This document shows positions 62,944-64,000 of a stretch of DNA of 64,000 bases, one piece after another (the first letter of the stretch is position 1; the number at the start of each line of letters is the position of its first letter). Under the pieces are notes generated by a model. That model was given only the letters and a program-made list of their open reading frames with translations, was not told the origin of the DNA and searched no databases. This stretch comes from Candidatus Methylomirabilia bacterium (GTDB lineage Bacteria > Methylomirabilota > Methylomirabilia > Rokubacteriales > CSP1-6), in contig JBGQHJ010000006.1 of NCBI GenBank assembly GCA_041497895.1, forward strand, positions 1 to 64,000, written 5' to 3'. The position numbers and the translations under genes were made by a program.

Positions 62944-63596
62944 GGGATGGACGCGCGGATCGGCACGGTGAGCACCTGCGCCGGAGCGCCGCGCGGCGCC
63001 TCGCGATCGACGAGGGTGATCTCGACGGCGCGCGGGATGGTCTCCTCACGGCTCATGTCCCACGCCTCCTGCCAGGCGCCGGGCTCCTCACCCAGATAGC
63101 GGAAGCGCACCACCGCCGTCTCCGGGTCCACCAGAACGGGCGGGAGGCGATCGAGCGCGATGGCACCGGGCAGCACCTGCTGACGGAGCGTCAGGCCCGC
63201 CTCCTCGCTCGAGAGGCTGACCGCGGTGAACGCGATCGGCACCGGGGCGGGGAACGGGGGAGCGAGCGTGGCGAAGGTGACCTGGTCGGGGCGGCCCTCG
63301 AAGAGCAGGCGTGGCTCCCGCCGCTCCGCGGGGACGAAGCGGTAGGGAAAGGCGCCGTCGAGCGCGCGCTCGAGCAGGACGAGCACGCCCCGCGCGTGGT
63401 CGAGCCGGGCCGCGCGCGCCTCGCCCTTGCCCCACGCGGCCAGCCCGACGCGCCGGCCGCCGAAGACGATCACGAGCACCGCGGCCGCGATGCCGAGCGC
63501 GAGCACCACCTCGATCAGGGTGAACCCTCTCCCCCTCTCCCCTCCGGGGAGAGGGCAGGGTGAGGGGCGGCCCGGGCCCGAGCGCGCCCCCGTCAT
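62940..63596 (-). CDS. gspJ: Type II secretion minor pseudopilin GspJ-like
   Basis: RG|FTLIEVVLAL prepilin motif, FRYLG and PRAVEITL; ATGA overlaps at both ends. Confidence 0.78.
   Translation of the reverse strand: MTGARSGPGRPSPCPLPGGERGRGFTLIEVVLALGIAAAVLVIVFGGRRVGLAAWGKGEARAARLDHARGVLVLLERALDGAFPYRFVPAERREPRLLFEGRPDQVTFATLAPPFPAPVPIAFTAVSLSSEEAGLTLRQQVLPGAIALDRLPPVLVDPETAVVRFRYLGEEPGAWQEAWDMSREETIPRAVEITLVDREAPRGAPAQVLTVPIRASIP
63533..63567 (+). repeat. Family B hairpin repeat copy 6 (in GspJ leader peptide)
   Basis: CCCTCTCCCC-TCC-GGGGAGAGGG-CAGGGTGAGGGG; read on minus as PSPCPLPGGER. Confidence 0.9.
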
Positions 63597-64000
63597 GGCG
63601 CCACCGTCTGCGTGACGGTGCGCAGGCTCGCGAGCTCGAGCGTGCGGCTCCCGCCCCAGCGCACCGCCACCGACAGCGCGTAGAGGTGGAGCCGCGGCCC
63701 CGCGCCCGGTATCAGCTCCTCCGGCACCGGCACGAGCGTGACCCGGCGCTCCCACTGGAAACGCCCCTCCTGCCCCGCGTCCGCGCCCTCCTCGATCACG
63801 TCGGTGGCACGCGCGACGCGGTCTGCCACGATGACGGCCTGCTGGTAGTCGTCGGAGAGATGGAGCAGCCGCAGCCCCTGGGACGAGAGCTGCATGAAGG
63901 CGACGATGGCGACCGCGAGGATGGTCAGCGCCACCAGCACCTCGAGCAGCGTGAACCCGCCCGCCCTCCCTCGCCCTCCCCGGGAGGGAGAGGGCCGGGG
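63593..64000 (-). CDS. gspI: Type II secretion minor pseudopilin GspI-like (5' truncated by window edge)
   Basis: GG|FTLLEVLVALTILA prepilin motif; frame open to the window end. Confidence 0.78.
   Translation of the reverse strand, partial: PRPSPSRGGRGRAGGFTLLEVLVALTILAVAIVAFMQLSSQGLRLLHLSDDYQQAVIVADRVARATDVIEEGADAGQEGRFQWERRVTLVPVPEELIPGAGPRLHLYALSVAVRWGGSRTLELASLRTVTQTVAP
63974..64000 (+). repeat. Family B hairpin repeat copy 7 (degenerate, truncated; in GspI leader)
   Basis: CCCTCCCCGGGAGGGAGAGGGCCGGGG; read on minus as PRPSPSRGG. Confidence 0.65.

Overview
Very GC-rich bacterial chromosomal window with about 65 densely packed CDSs. No rRNA, tRNA, CRISPR array or transposase was seen. 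Gene content and style suggest Candidatus Rokubacteria/Methylomirabilota (inference only). In order it contains: a PotA/PotC-type ABC transporter end plus a split TPP decarboxylase (ComD/ComE-like); acyl-CoA and organic-acid catabolic genes, including an ICL-family lyase with a divergent leuCD pair; an imuA-imuB-dnaE2 mutasome cassette interrupted by a coupled HAD hydrolase gene, with a 140-aa mini-intein in DnaE2; LysR/ArsN1-like acetyltransferase/MFS; MMPL, DUF72, FmdB, GNAT and MshA-like glycosyltransferase genes; phnA and phnW flanking a dimethylglycine-dehydrogenase-like FAD/folate enzyme; an Opp/Dpp ABC system; ferredoxin; a sigma54-driven stand-alone Fis-type HTH; thiolase/DUF35/CoA-transferase/MaoC; cimA and a divergent two-subunit fumarase; ligA; and the gspI-J-K-L-M-N/C-D end of a type II secretion cluster. 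Two dispersed palindromic repeat families occur: a 25-bp-arm REP-like doublet (3 copies) and a ~35-bp hairpin (7 copies, 6 inside ORFs, including both pseudopilin leader peptides). The best candidates for undescribed biology are the HAD-containing, intein-bearing mutasome, the putative folate-dependent N-methyl-aminoethylphosphonate demethylation route, and the coding-tolerant repeat. All family calls come from motif recognition by eye; no searches were run.
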